From Gammaproteobacteria bacterium (lineage in GTDB: Bacteria > Pseudomonadota > Gammaproteobacteria > Magnimaribacterales > D2472), in contig JAYQIX010000001.1 in NCBI GenBank assembly GCA_038141865.1, positions 133,199 through 197,198 on the forward strand: a stretch of 64,000 nucleotides of DNA, given 5' to 3'. This document shows, one piece after another, positions 10,002 through 16,927 of the stretch. A program made the translations under genes and the position numbers. Each line of letters begins with the position of its first letter. The stretch's first letter is position 1. The notes below the pieces were generated by a model. That model was not told the origin of the DNA and did not search any database. It worked only from the letters and a program-made list of their open reading frames with translations.

Positions 10002-11376
10002 AGTTTGGTTAGCAGATGATGATGAGGCAATAAGAATTGTTCTTGAAGAAAGTCTTAAAAACTCAGGATATGCAACTACCACATTTTCAAATGCATCTGA
10101 TCTTATTGAAGAACTAAACTCAGATACCCCAGATTTAATTATTACAGATGTACACATGCCTGGAATGCATGGTTACGACTTGTTAAAACATATTAATAAT
10201 AACTACTCTGAGCTACCTGTAATAATAATGACTGCTTTTGCGGATATGCAAGCTGCAGTAGATTCTTATGGAAGTGGAGCGTTTGAATATATTCCTAAAC
10301 CATTTGATTTAGATGAAACAATTAAAATTGTTCAAAGAGCCCTTGAAAAAAAACCATCTACAAGAGGCCTCAAATCATCACCTAAAACAGATATTATTGG
10401 CAAAGCACAATCAATGCAGATGGTTTTTCGAGCAATTGGCAAGCTTTCAAATACTAATGCTACTGTTCTTGTTCAGGGTGAATCAGGCACAGGAAAAGAG
10501 TTAATTGCTAAATCTCTACATAAGAATAGCCCTAGGCATGATATGCCTTTCATTGCTCTAAATATGGCCGATATACCAAAAGAGCTGGTTGAATCTGAGT
10601 TATTTGGGCATGAAAAAGGTGCTTTTACTGGGGCTGTTGATAGAAGGTTGGGCAGGTTTGAGCAAGCAAATGGAGGGACTCTGTTCCTTGATGAGATTGG
10701 CGATATGCCTCTAGATTCGCAAACTAGGTTGTTGAGAGTATTATCTAATAAAGAATTTTATAGGGTTGGTGGAGATAAGCCTATTAAGGCTGACGTAAGA
10801 ATAATTGCCGCAACCCATCAAAATCTTCATAATTTGGTTTCTCAGTCTAAATTTAGAGAAGACCTATTCTATAGATTAAATGTAATCAAGATTGATGTAC
10901 CTCCTCTTAGAGAAAGAAAAGATGATATTGAATTATTAGCAAAATATTTTCTAAAGAAAAACTCAGATGCAACTGGTGAAGAGCTTCGCGTTTTATCCAA
11001 TGAAACAATTGATGCGTTAAATAGGTATGAGTGGCCAGGTAACGTAAGGCAACTTGAGAATACATGCTATTGGTTAACGCTTATGAGTCCAACACAAAAT
11101 GTTCAACCATCAGATCTCCCAAATGAAATATTAGAAATTGATGCGAACTTATCTGCTAACTCGGATTCCTCTTGGGAAGATGGTTTTGTAAGCTGGCTAA
11201 AAGGCTTGGTTGATTCACAAGAAACTGGTGTGCTTGATTTTGTTAATCCAAAGATTGAAAAATTGCTTATCAAGACAGCTCTTGAAAAAACTAATGGCAA
11301 AAAAAATGATGCTGCAAATTTGCTTGGATGGGGAAGAAATACTCTTGCTAAAAAAATTAAAGAACTAGGTATTTAA
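9994..11376 (+). CDS. glnG: Sigma-54-dependent response regulator NtrC
   Basis: 460-aa ORF with a receiver domain (DDDEAIR..D..MPGM), an AAA+ sigma-54 activator core (GESGTGKE, ESELFGHEKGAFTGA, GAFTGA loop) and a C-terminal Fis-type HTH. Confidence 0.95.
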   Translation: MHKVWLADDDEAIRIVLEESLKNSGYATTTFSNASDLIEELNSDTPDLIITDVHMPGMHGYDLLKHINNNYSELPVIIMTAFADMQAAVDSYGSGAFEYIPKPFDLDETIKIVQRALEKKPSTRGLKSSPKTDIIGKAQSMQMVFRAIGKLSNTNATVLVQGESGTGKELIAKSLHKNSPRHDMPFIALNMADIPKELVESELFGHEKGAFTGAVDRRLGRFEQANGGTLFLDEIGDMPLDSQTRLLRVLSNKEFYRVGGDKPIKADVRIIAATHQNLHNLVSQSKFREDLFYRLNVIKIDVPPLRERKDDIELLAKYFLKKNSDATGEELRVLSNETIDALNRYEWPGNVRQLENTCYWLTLMSPTQNVQPSDLPNEILEIDANLSANSDSSWEDGFVSWLKGLVDSQETGVLDFVNPKIEKLLIKTALEKTNGKKNDAANLLGWGRNTLAKKIKELGI

Positions 11377-11379
11377 TTG

Positions 11380-11796
11380 CTAAATTAATGGGAGGTTGTT
11401 TAGTCTCCATTCAGACATCCCGCCACTTAAAATCAATGTATCTTTAAAGCCTGATTTTTGTAATATTTCACCAGCATTTCCTGATTGACTTCCAGTTTCA
11501 CAGATCAGAACTATGGAAATATCTTCTCTGTTGGGAAGCTCATGCTGTCGTCTCTCAAAATCTGAAAAAGGCATATTTATAGATCCTGCTATGTGACCAG
11601 CATTAAACTCATCAGATTTTCTAATATCAACAAGCTTAGCCAAGCCTTTATTATTGATATTGACTAATTCATGAGTAGATATTTTCTTACCGCCCTTCTT
11701 TGATAAAGAGGCAAAAAATAGACTGATAAATATTAAAAGTGGTAATGATAGATACCACTGCTCGAACATAAATAAAAAAAACTCAACCATGCTCAT
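11380..11796 (-). CDS. Membrane-anchored rhodanese-domain sulfurtransferase
   Basis: One N-terminal TM helix, then a rhodanese fold with active-site loop ICETGSQSG. I trimmed the start to the internal Met (MSMVEFF...) because the track start at 11880 overlaps the gpmA start. Confidence 0.7.
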   Translation of the reverse strand: MSMVEFFLFMFEQWYLSLPLLIFISLFFASLSKKGGKKISTHELVNINNKGLAKLVDIRKSDEFNAGHIAGSINMPFSDFERRQHELPNREDISIVLICETGSQSGNAGEILQKSGFKDTLILSGGMSEWRLNNLPLI

Positions 11797-11841
11797 ATTA
11801 TCTATTAAAATAGCAAAGTTGTATCTTATTATTTTGAAATT

Positions 11842-12465
11842 ATGACAAAAAGAAACCTTGTGCTTGTAAGACATGGACAAAGCGAGTGGAATGCAAAAAA
11901 TTTATTTACAGGATGGAAAAATCCTGGTCTCACAGAAACAGGAGTAAAAGAGGCTATTAGTGCAGGAAAATTAATCAAAGATGAAAAAATTAATTTTGAT
12001 ACTATGTATACATCTGAACTTATAAGAGCGCAGCTTACAGGGAATACAATCTTAGAAATAATCAATCAATCAGATATACCTATCATTAAAGATATAGCAC
12101 TTAATGAGAGAAATTATGGAAGTTTGGCAGGCTTGAATAAAGATGATGCAAGAAAAAAATGGGGGGAAGAGCAGGTTCATATATGGAGAAGATCTTATGA
12201 TGTCCCTCCTCCAGATGGAGAGAGTTTAAAAAATACTGCTGAAAGAGTTCTTCCATATTTTAATAAAGAAATTTTGCCAAAGGTCGTTTCAGGATCAAAT
12301 ATATTAATTGCTGCCCATGGAAATTCCTTAAGGTCTCTAATCATGCAATTAGATGAATTATCAAAAGAGGAAATATTAAATTTAGAAATTCCAACAGGGG
12401 CTCCAATTAAATATATATTTGATGAACATGGCAAGGCTATAGAAAAACTTAATTTATTTGAATAA
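11842..12465 (+). CDS. gpmA: 2,3-bisphosphoglycerate-dependent phosphoglycerate mutase (short form)
   Basis: 207-aa ORF with the histidine phosphatase motif [16 protein letters not shown] and a second catalytic His in AAHGNSLR. Confidence 0.85.
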   Translation: MTKRNLVLVRHGQSEWNAKNLFTGWKNPGLTETGVKEAISAGKLIKDEKINFDTMYTSELIRAQLTGNTILEIINQSDIPIIKDIALNERNYGSLAGLNKDDARKKWGEEQVHIWRRSYDVPPPDGESLKNTAERVLPYFNKEILPKVVSGSNILIAAHGNSLRSLIMQLDELSKEEILNLEIPTGAPIKYIFDEHGKAIEKLNLFE

Positions 12466-12471
12466 TTAATC

Positions 12472-13491
12472 TTGAAGCATCCTTCTGAAAATTTTTCAAA
12501 ACAAATTATTGAGTGGTATGAGGTTAATGGCAGAAAAGAGCTGCCCTGGAGAAAAGATATTTCTCCATACAGGGTTTGGATATCTGAAATCATGCTTCAA
12601 CAAACTCAAGTAAAAACTGTAATCCCCTATTTTGAGAATTTTCTTAGCGCCTTCCCTACGATAGAAAGTATATCTAATGCGACTGAGGATGAGATTTTGG
12701 CTTTGTGGTCTGGCCTAGGCTTTTATAGAAGAGCCCAAAATATATTTAAAGCTAAAGAAGTTATAAATAGTGAACATCATGGCATTTTTCCAAAAACTTT
12801 TGATGAGCTAGAAAAGCTTCCAGGAATTGGTAGATCAACTGCTGGAGCTATTATGGCAATTGCTTACCAACAGCCTTACCCAATATTAGATGCAAATGTA
12901 AAAAGAGTTATTCAAAGGTATCTAAAATTACAAACTGCCAATAAAACACAGCTTACTAAAAGGCTGTGGTCAGAGTCTGAAAAACTAAAACCGCAGATGA
13001 AAATATTTGAATATACACAAGGAATAATGGATATTGGAGCAACCATATGTAAAGCAAAAACTGCAGACTGTTCTATATGCCCTTTGAACCAAAACTGCTT
13101 ATCAGCATTTTCAGAAATTGAGAGGTCAGATATAAATAAAAATAAAAAAACTACTAGAAAAGAAAAAATTAATTTTATTCTTGCCTACACTAATGAAAAA
13201 ACTCTTTTGTTTAAAAGAGATGAAAAAAGATACTGGCAGCACCTTTGGGCTCCATACGAATTCAAAGGATCAAAGCAAACAGTTATAAATAAGAAAAAAG
13301 CGTTAAATTCAAAAATCTTAAAAATAGATCACAAGCTTTCACATTTAGAGTTGGAGATTAAGCTTATGTTACTTGAATTTGATGATGAATTTAATATTGC
13401 GTCAAACATGGAGTATAGTTGGGTAAATAAAAAAAATATTGAAAACTTTGGAATACCTAAACCAATAAAAAAAATATTATTAGAGTTATGA
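12472..13491 (+). CDS. mutY: A/G-specific adenine DNA glycosylase
   Basis: 339-aa ORF (TTG start) with LPWR..SPY.VWISEIMLQQTQV, the HhH-GPD motif (LPGIGRSTAGAI), a 4Fe-4S Cys cluster (C..C..C...C) and a NUDIX-like C-terminal domain. Confidence 0.9.
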   Translation: MKHPSENFSKQIIEWYEVNGRKELPWRKDISPYRVWISEIMLQQTQVKTVIPYFENFLSAFPTIESISNATEDEILALWSGLGFYRRAQNIFKAKEVINSEHHGIFPKTFDELEKLPGIGRSTAGAIMAIAYQQPYPILDANVKRVIQRYLKLQTANKTQLTKRLWSESEKLKPQMKIFEYTQGIMDIGATICKAKTADCSICPLNQNCLSAFSEIERSDINKNKKTTRKEKINFILAYTNEKTLLFKRDEKRYWQHLWAPYEFKGSKQTVINKKKALNSKILKIDHKLSHLELEIKLMLLEFDDEFNIASNMEYSWVNKKNIENFGIPKPIKKILLEL

Positions 13492-13757
13492 CAAAAAAAA
13501 TTCTTTGCAAAAAACTTAATGAAGAGCTCCCTGCTCTTCAAATACCACCAATGCCAGGACCAAAAGGCATAGAGCTTATGGAGTCCTTCTCTGAGAAAGC
13601 ATGGGATCAATGGAGATCGCATCAGACCACATTGATCAATGAAAAACATTTAGATATGTCAGATGTAAAAGATAGAGAATGGCTATTAATTCAAATGGAT
13701 AAATTCTTTAATAATGAGGATTATGAGAAACCGTCAGGATTTAAATCATTAACCTAA
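13488..13757 (+). CDS. yggX: Fe(II)-trafficking / oxidative damage protection protein YggX
   Basis: 89-aa ORF overlapping the mutY stop. Conserved W..W...QT.LINE..L; same mutY-yggX order as in enterics. Confidence 0.85.
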   Translation: MTKKILCKKLNEELPALQIPPMPGPKGIELMESFSEKAWDQWRSHQTTLINEKHLDMSDVKDREWLLIQMDKFFNNEDYEKPSGFKSLT

Positions 13758-13764
13758 TGTCTTG

Positions 13765-13793
13765 GTGACATTGCCTTAAAACTTTCTTATAAT
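13765..13793 (+). promoter_or_regulatory. Sigma-70 promoter for tRNA-Phe
   Basis: GTGACA (13765-13770), a 17-nt spacer, then a perfect TATAAT (13788-13793). The tRNA starts 17 nt downstream. Confidence 0.55.
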
Positions 13794-13809
13794 CCCTCTT
13801 CAATAGTGC

Positions 13810-13885
13810 GCCCAGATAGCTCAGTTGGTAGAGCAAAGGACTGAAAATCCTTGTGTCGGTGGTTCGATCCCACCTCTGGGCACCA
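13810..13885 (+). tRNA. tRNA-Phe (anticodon GAA)
   Basis: Folded by hand into a cloverleaf. Acceptor GCCCAGA/TCTGGGC, D-arm GCTC-AGTTGGTA-GAGC, anticodon arm AAGGA-CTGAAAA-TCCTT, T-arm GGTGG-TTCGATC-CCACC, discriminator A, encoded CCA. Confidence 0.95.
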
Positions 13886-13888
13886 TTC
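13840..13888 (+). repeat. Direct repeat copy 1 (3' half of tRNA-Phe; putative attL core)
   Basis: 49 nt, ACTGAAAATCCTTGTGTCGGTGGTTCGATCCCACCTCTGGGCACCATTC, identical to 14910-14958. Confidence 0.9.
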
Positions 13889-13924
13889 TTACAGCATTTT
13901 TATATATTCAATACTTTGAACACT

Positions 13925-13950
13925 TTTGAACACTTAGATTAGTGTTCAAA
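13925..13950. repeat. Perfect 10-bp-stem inverted repeat built from TGAACAC motifs
   Basis: TTTGAACACT (13925-13934), loop TAGATT, AGTGTTCAAA (13941-13950). It lies between the tRNA and the stop of the convergent membrane-protein gene. It could be a bidirectional terminator and/or a protein-binding site. Confidence 0.6.
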
Positions 13951-14346
13951 TTAATTAAAGAAGATTTCGTGCAACATCCTTCCAGGCATAAGAGTAAAAG
14001 CACCTGCTATTACCAATGCTCCAAAAAACAATCCAATCATTGTCCATTTATGGAAAGTTTTCCATGTTTTATTTTTAGTGACTTTAAATTTCTTAATTGC
14101 ATATACGCCAAAAAAAATAGAAAAAATTGTCCATGGTATAAGTAAGTGAATTAAAGAATAAGAACCGGGATTTATTTCTTGAATAAATACTGCTGTTAAT
14201 GAAATTAAAACCATTAACCCTAACCAAACATACCCTCTTCTTTTGTGTGTTTTGGTTCCTTTTTTTGAGAGCAAAACTACACTCCCCAAAATTAATGCTA
14301 TAAGTCCGGGTAAGGCATGCAAGGAAAGAATTAAAGTCTCATTCAT
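13951..14346 (-). CDS. Small integral membrane protein (DUF2306-like, 4 TM)
   Basis: 131-aa ORF with four hydrophobic segments and a HKRRGYVW motif after TM1, reminiscent of DUF2306. The family assignment is from memory only. Confidence 0.55.
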   Translation of the reverse strand: MNETLILSLHALPGLIALILGSVVLLSKKGTKTHKRRGYVWLGLMVLISLTAVFIQEINPGSYSLIHLLIPWTIFSIFFGVYAIKKFKVTKNKTWKTFHKWTMIGLFFGALVIAGAFTLMPGRMLHEIFFN

Positions 14347-14879
14347 TTTAAATCTATAGAGATTTTTTTATATTCATTAAGTTGAAAAGATGCAGATTCA
14401 AAAGATGGAGGTCTAAATCTTCCCAAAGCATTATTTGAAAATCCGTATTGTTCATTAGGCACTCCAAAAAAATTAGTATCTAGTTTTTCATTTTTATTGG
14501 AATCAATGTATAAACCAATAGCATATTTTCCATCTGGCAATTCAATTGCTTCTTGAAAGGTGCCCTTTTTAATAAATTTTATTATTCCTCCAACTATTCC
14601 TTTTTGTGGTCCAGGTTTGTCCCCTCTATCAGATTCAAAAACTTCCTTAGAATCATAAACTGCCAAGTGAAGAACGCCGTCATCAGAAATATTATTTATT
14701 TGAACTTCAAGCAATGCCCCTTGAAGATTGAGTGTATTAATCAGAAATATAAACAAAATAAAACTCTCATTTGAATAGCATGCCACATGAAGAAAATTGT
14801 TCAAAATTAAGATTGAAAAAATAATAAATCCAAATATTTTTTGAACACCATTTTGAACACTAGACTCTGAAACATGCAT
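14343..14879 (-). CDS. DUF2141 family secreted protein
   Basis: C-terminal two-thirds match the DUF2141 pattern: G.LHLAVYDS...F, DGKYAIGLY.D.N.N.KLDTNFFGVP.E.YGFSNNA.GRF.PPSFE.A.F. The N-terminal start is uncertain because the first codons are encoded by the TGAACAC repeats. Confidence 0.7.
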   Translation of the reverse strand: MHVSESSVQNGVQKIFGFIIFSILILNNFLHVACYSNESFILFIFLINTLNLQGALLEVQINNISDDGVLHLAVYDSKEVFESDRGDKPGPQKGIVGGIIKFIKKGTFQEAIELPDGKYAIGLYIDSNKNEKLDTNFFGVPNEQYGFSNNALGRFRPPSFESASFQLNEYKKISIDLK

Positions 14880-14909
14880 TCTTATTGGGTTTTTATTTTC
14901 GAGTCATGC

Positions 14910-14958
14910 ACTGAAAATCCTTGTGTCGGTGGTTCGATCCCACCTCTGGGCACCATTC
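14910..14958 (+). repeat. Direct repeat copy 2 (orphan 3' half of tRNA-Phe; putative attR core)
   Basis: Identical to 13840-13888. The sequence just upstream (TTTTATTTTCGAGTCATGC) shows no tRNA 5' half, so this is not a second tRNA gene. Confidence 0.9.
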
Positions 14959-14963
14959 CTAAT

Positions 14964-15167
14964 TTACTTAAACCACTTATATGGTTCTTCTCCAGCAACT
15001 TTAAAATATACTGCCATGTTAACCACATGTGTTATCAATAAAGTTACTGAAATAGCTACAGCCCAAAGAATATTTCTATAGTTAAGATGTGCATCAAGTG
15101 CAAATAATACTGCACCAACTGATGCTGTAATTAAACCAATGATGGTGAATGCTTTTAGGTTTTTCAT
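14964..15167 (-). CDS. Small two-TM membrane protein, last gene of the alkB-like operon
   Basis: 67-aa ORF with two hydrophobic helices. Its ATG overlaps the ferredoxin stop by 4 nt. Confidence 0.45.
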   Translation of the reverse strand: MKNLKAFTIIGLITASVGAVLFALDAHLNYRNILWAVAISVTLLITHVVNMAVYFKVAGEEPYKWFK

Positions 15168-15487
15168 TTTCTTTCCTTGTTTTTATTTAAATTTATTTCT
15201 ACTTCAATGTCAGATATAAGTTCACTCTGGCAGGCTAATATAAAACCCTTATCTAGCTCTTCTTGATTAAGAGTGTAGCTAAAATCAATATTTGGTTTTA
15301 CTTTTCCCGAAACAACTCTACATTTGCATGTCCCACAGCTGCCAACCTTGCATCTATGAGGCCAATCTATGCCTTCTGAGAGAGCCGAAGAAAGCAGAGT
15401 TGTTCTGGGCAATACCTCAAAATCAATATTGCTTTGGAGGAGAGCTGCTCTCTTCGGAATTTTGTTTTTCTTAAAAATCTTTAACAT
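15164..15487 (-). CDS. Plant-type [2Fe-2S] ferredoxin (stand-alone domain)
   Basis: 107-aa ORF with C-x4-C-x2-C (CKVGSCGTCKC) plus a distal Cys in LACQS. It starts 11 nt after the alkB-like stop. Confidence 0.8.
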   Translation of the reverse strand: MLKIFKKNKIPKRAALLQSNIDFEVLPRTTLLSSALSEGIDWPHRCKVGSCGTCKCRVVSGKVKPNIDFSYTLNQEELDKGFILACQSELISDIEVEINLNKNKERK

Positions 15488-15498
15488 TGAATTTTCTA

Positions 15499-16665
15499 TT
15501 AAGAGGCTAGAGATGCTTCGCCTGTTTTATTAATGTTGAATTTACTTGCTATAAGCCTTTCTTCATCGGTTGCATAATTTTTATCCCAATTATCCAGATG
15601 CTTCTGTACATATTTTCTAAATAAAGATGGTATTAAAGTTAATACAAATAGACTGAAGTAGCCGATTCCATAATTTGGGCCGCCAACATCATCCAGCTCC
15701 CAAAAGTATGTTTCACCCCTTACATGATGATCACATTGCCTTCCTATCTCAATAAAAAACCAACTAGTAAAAACTGAATCATTATCCCAAGAGTGCCTAT
15801 GCTCAACCGGTCCCTCTTTTCTTATTAATCCGTAGTGACCCATAAAATTTAGAGCCTCTAAAAGAAAATTAGATAGTATCCAAATGACGCTTAAAGCCAA
15901 CAAGCCAACTACTCCACCAGACCATACAAATAGGAAAATTGAAGGGAGGCTGTAAAGGTAACCTAGCAACCATCTGTTATCTATGTTAATAAAGCCTTTT
16001 CCTCTATTTTTTAATTTTTTCTTTTCCATGTCATAGGAGAATTTTGATTGTCCAGCATGTGATAGCCATGTGTGGAGATAAACATTTCTTCCTCTTGGAG
16101 CTGTTGCCGGATCATCTTCATGGCCAAGATCTAAATGATGATTGTATACATGGGCATAAGTAAAATGGGATGCTCCACTTAGGGCCATGATAAATCTAGA
16201 GACTAGGAAGCCTTCTTTTTTGTTATGCGATAGTTCATGACCATAAATAATTCCAAGTCCTGCCCAGAGTGCTGCTGATATGACTGCACCAACTAGATTA
16301 AGTCCGGAAATTCCATTCTGATATGCAATCCCGCTAAAATATAAAGCCTCTAGCTGAACTCCTGAGGTGTATTGATATAATCTCCAAGCAACTGCAACTT
16401 GAATAGCTATAAATACCGGCAACATTACATACATTACTAGGTACTGAAATAATTTAATTCCATAAGAATTACCTGCCTCATCTTTCTCAGCTCTGAGGTG
16501 GATATCTTTTGTCACCGTGTCAATTATTGTATAAATTCCAAATAAAAAGACGCCGGTCCAAGCATAGATACCCCCTAAAAGAATGCCTAAGATTGTTACC
16601 AGCGATGATATTGGTACTATTAAATATCTTAAATTTACATAAAATTTCATAAAGAAAATCTCCAT
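15499..16665 (-). CDS. AlkB/XylM-family integral-membrane di-iron oxygenase (alkane 1-monooxygenase-like)
   Basis: 388-aa polytopic ORF with His boxes HELSH(NK), AHVYNHH, NFMGHYGL and RQCDHHV, and DPATAPRG after box 2. A GGAG 9 nt before the ATG at 16650 makes MKFYV... (16650) the more likely start. Confidence 0.8.
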   Translation of the reverse strand: MEIFFMKFYVNLRYLIVPISSLVTILGILLGGIYAWTGVFLFGIYTIIDTVTKDIHLRAEKDEAGNSYGIKLFQYLVMYVMLPVFIAIQVAVAWRLYQYTSGVQLEALYFSGIAYQNGISGLNLVGAVISAALWAGLGIIYGHELSHNKKEGFLVSRFIMALSGASHFTYAHVYNHHLDLGHEDDPATAPRGRNVYLHTWLSHAGQSKFSYDMEKKKLKNRGKGFINIDNRWLLGYLYSLPSIFLFVWSGGVVGLLALSVIWILSNFLLEALNFMGHYGLIRKEGPVEHRHSWDNDSVFTSWFFIEIGRQCDHHVRGETYFWELDDVGGPNYGIGYFSLFVLTLIPSLFRKYVQKHLDNWDKNYATDEERLIASKFNINKTGEASLAS

Positions 16666-16680
16666 TTTTATTAAATATAA

Positions 16681-16748
16681 ATCCTGGGAATATTAGTTCC
16701 GTTTTAGCACCTTCTTTTAAATCGCGGCAATAGGATCAAATTACGATT
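16681..16748. repeat. Conserved non-coding unit, copy 1
   Basis: ATCCT..TTCCGTTTTAGC..(13 variable nt)..TCGCGGCAATAGGATCAAAT.ACGA. The blocks are identical to copy 2. Confidence 0.8.
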
Positions 16749-16781
16749 TACAGCACAAACAAATCTGTGTTGTTTAAAAAG

Positions 16782-16848
16782 ATCCTAGGGTGATTATTCC
16801 GTTTTAGCGCTTTATTTATTGTCGCGGCAATAGGATCAAATGACGACT
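16782..16848. repeat. Conserved non-coding unit, copy 2
   Basis: The same 12-nt and 20-nt blocks lie exactly 100 nt downstream of those in copy 1, in direct orientation. Confidence 0.8.
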
Positions 16849-16927
16849 TGGCTATTAAATTACATTAAAAATAATTTGTAAACCCTATTTCTTGAAAATT
16901 TTTAAATTAATGGCAAAGTTTATCTAT

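Larger units (their letters stand above)
13886..14909. mobile_element. Putative integrase-less tRNA-Phe-associated mini-island (two cargo genes)
   Basis: Bounded by the perfect 49-bp direct repeat of the tRNA 3' half. The interior has paired TTTGAACAC motifs near both ends. No recombinase gene is present. Confidence 0.4.

Noticed and set aside
12195-12593. 132-aa minus-strand ORF spanning the gpmA-mutY junction
   Set aside because: It is antisense to two well-supported genes, and no family features are recognisable.
13915-14865. TGAACAC repeat clusters as a possible CRISPR-like or tandem-repeat array
   Set aside because: There are only 3 + 2 copies of an 8-9-mer, with no regularly spaced unique spacers and no cas genes. 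They are better explained as end-associated protein-binding sites.
16681-16848. Whether the tandem units are a known riboswitch. I considered guanidine-I/ykkC because of CCUAGGG...UUCCG, guanidine-II because of ACGA, the tandem glycine riboswitch, and the glutamine (glnA RNA) motif.
   Set aside because: The other invariant cores of those classes, as I remember them, are absent. Those are GGGA/AAAGCCCGGGAGA for ykkC, GC-rich ACGR hairpins for mini-ykkC, GGAGAG...CACCG for glycine, and ACGGAAGUAGG...GAAGGAACGC for glutamine. The element is kept as an unclassified finding instead.
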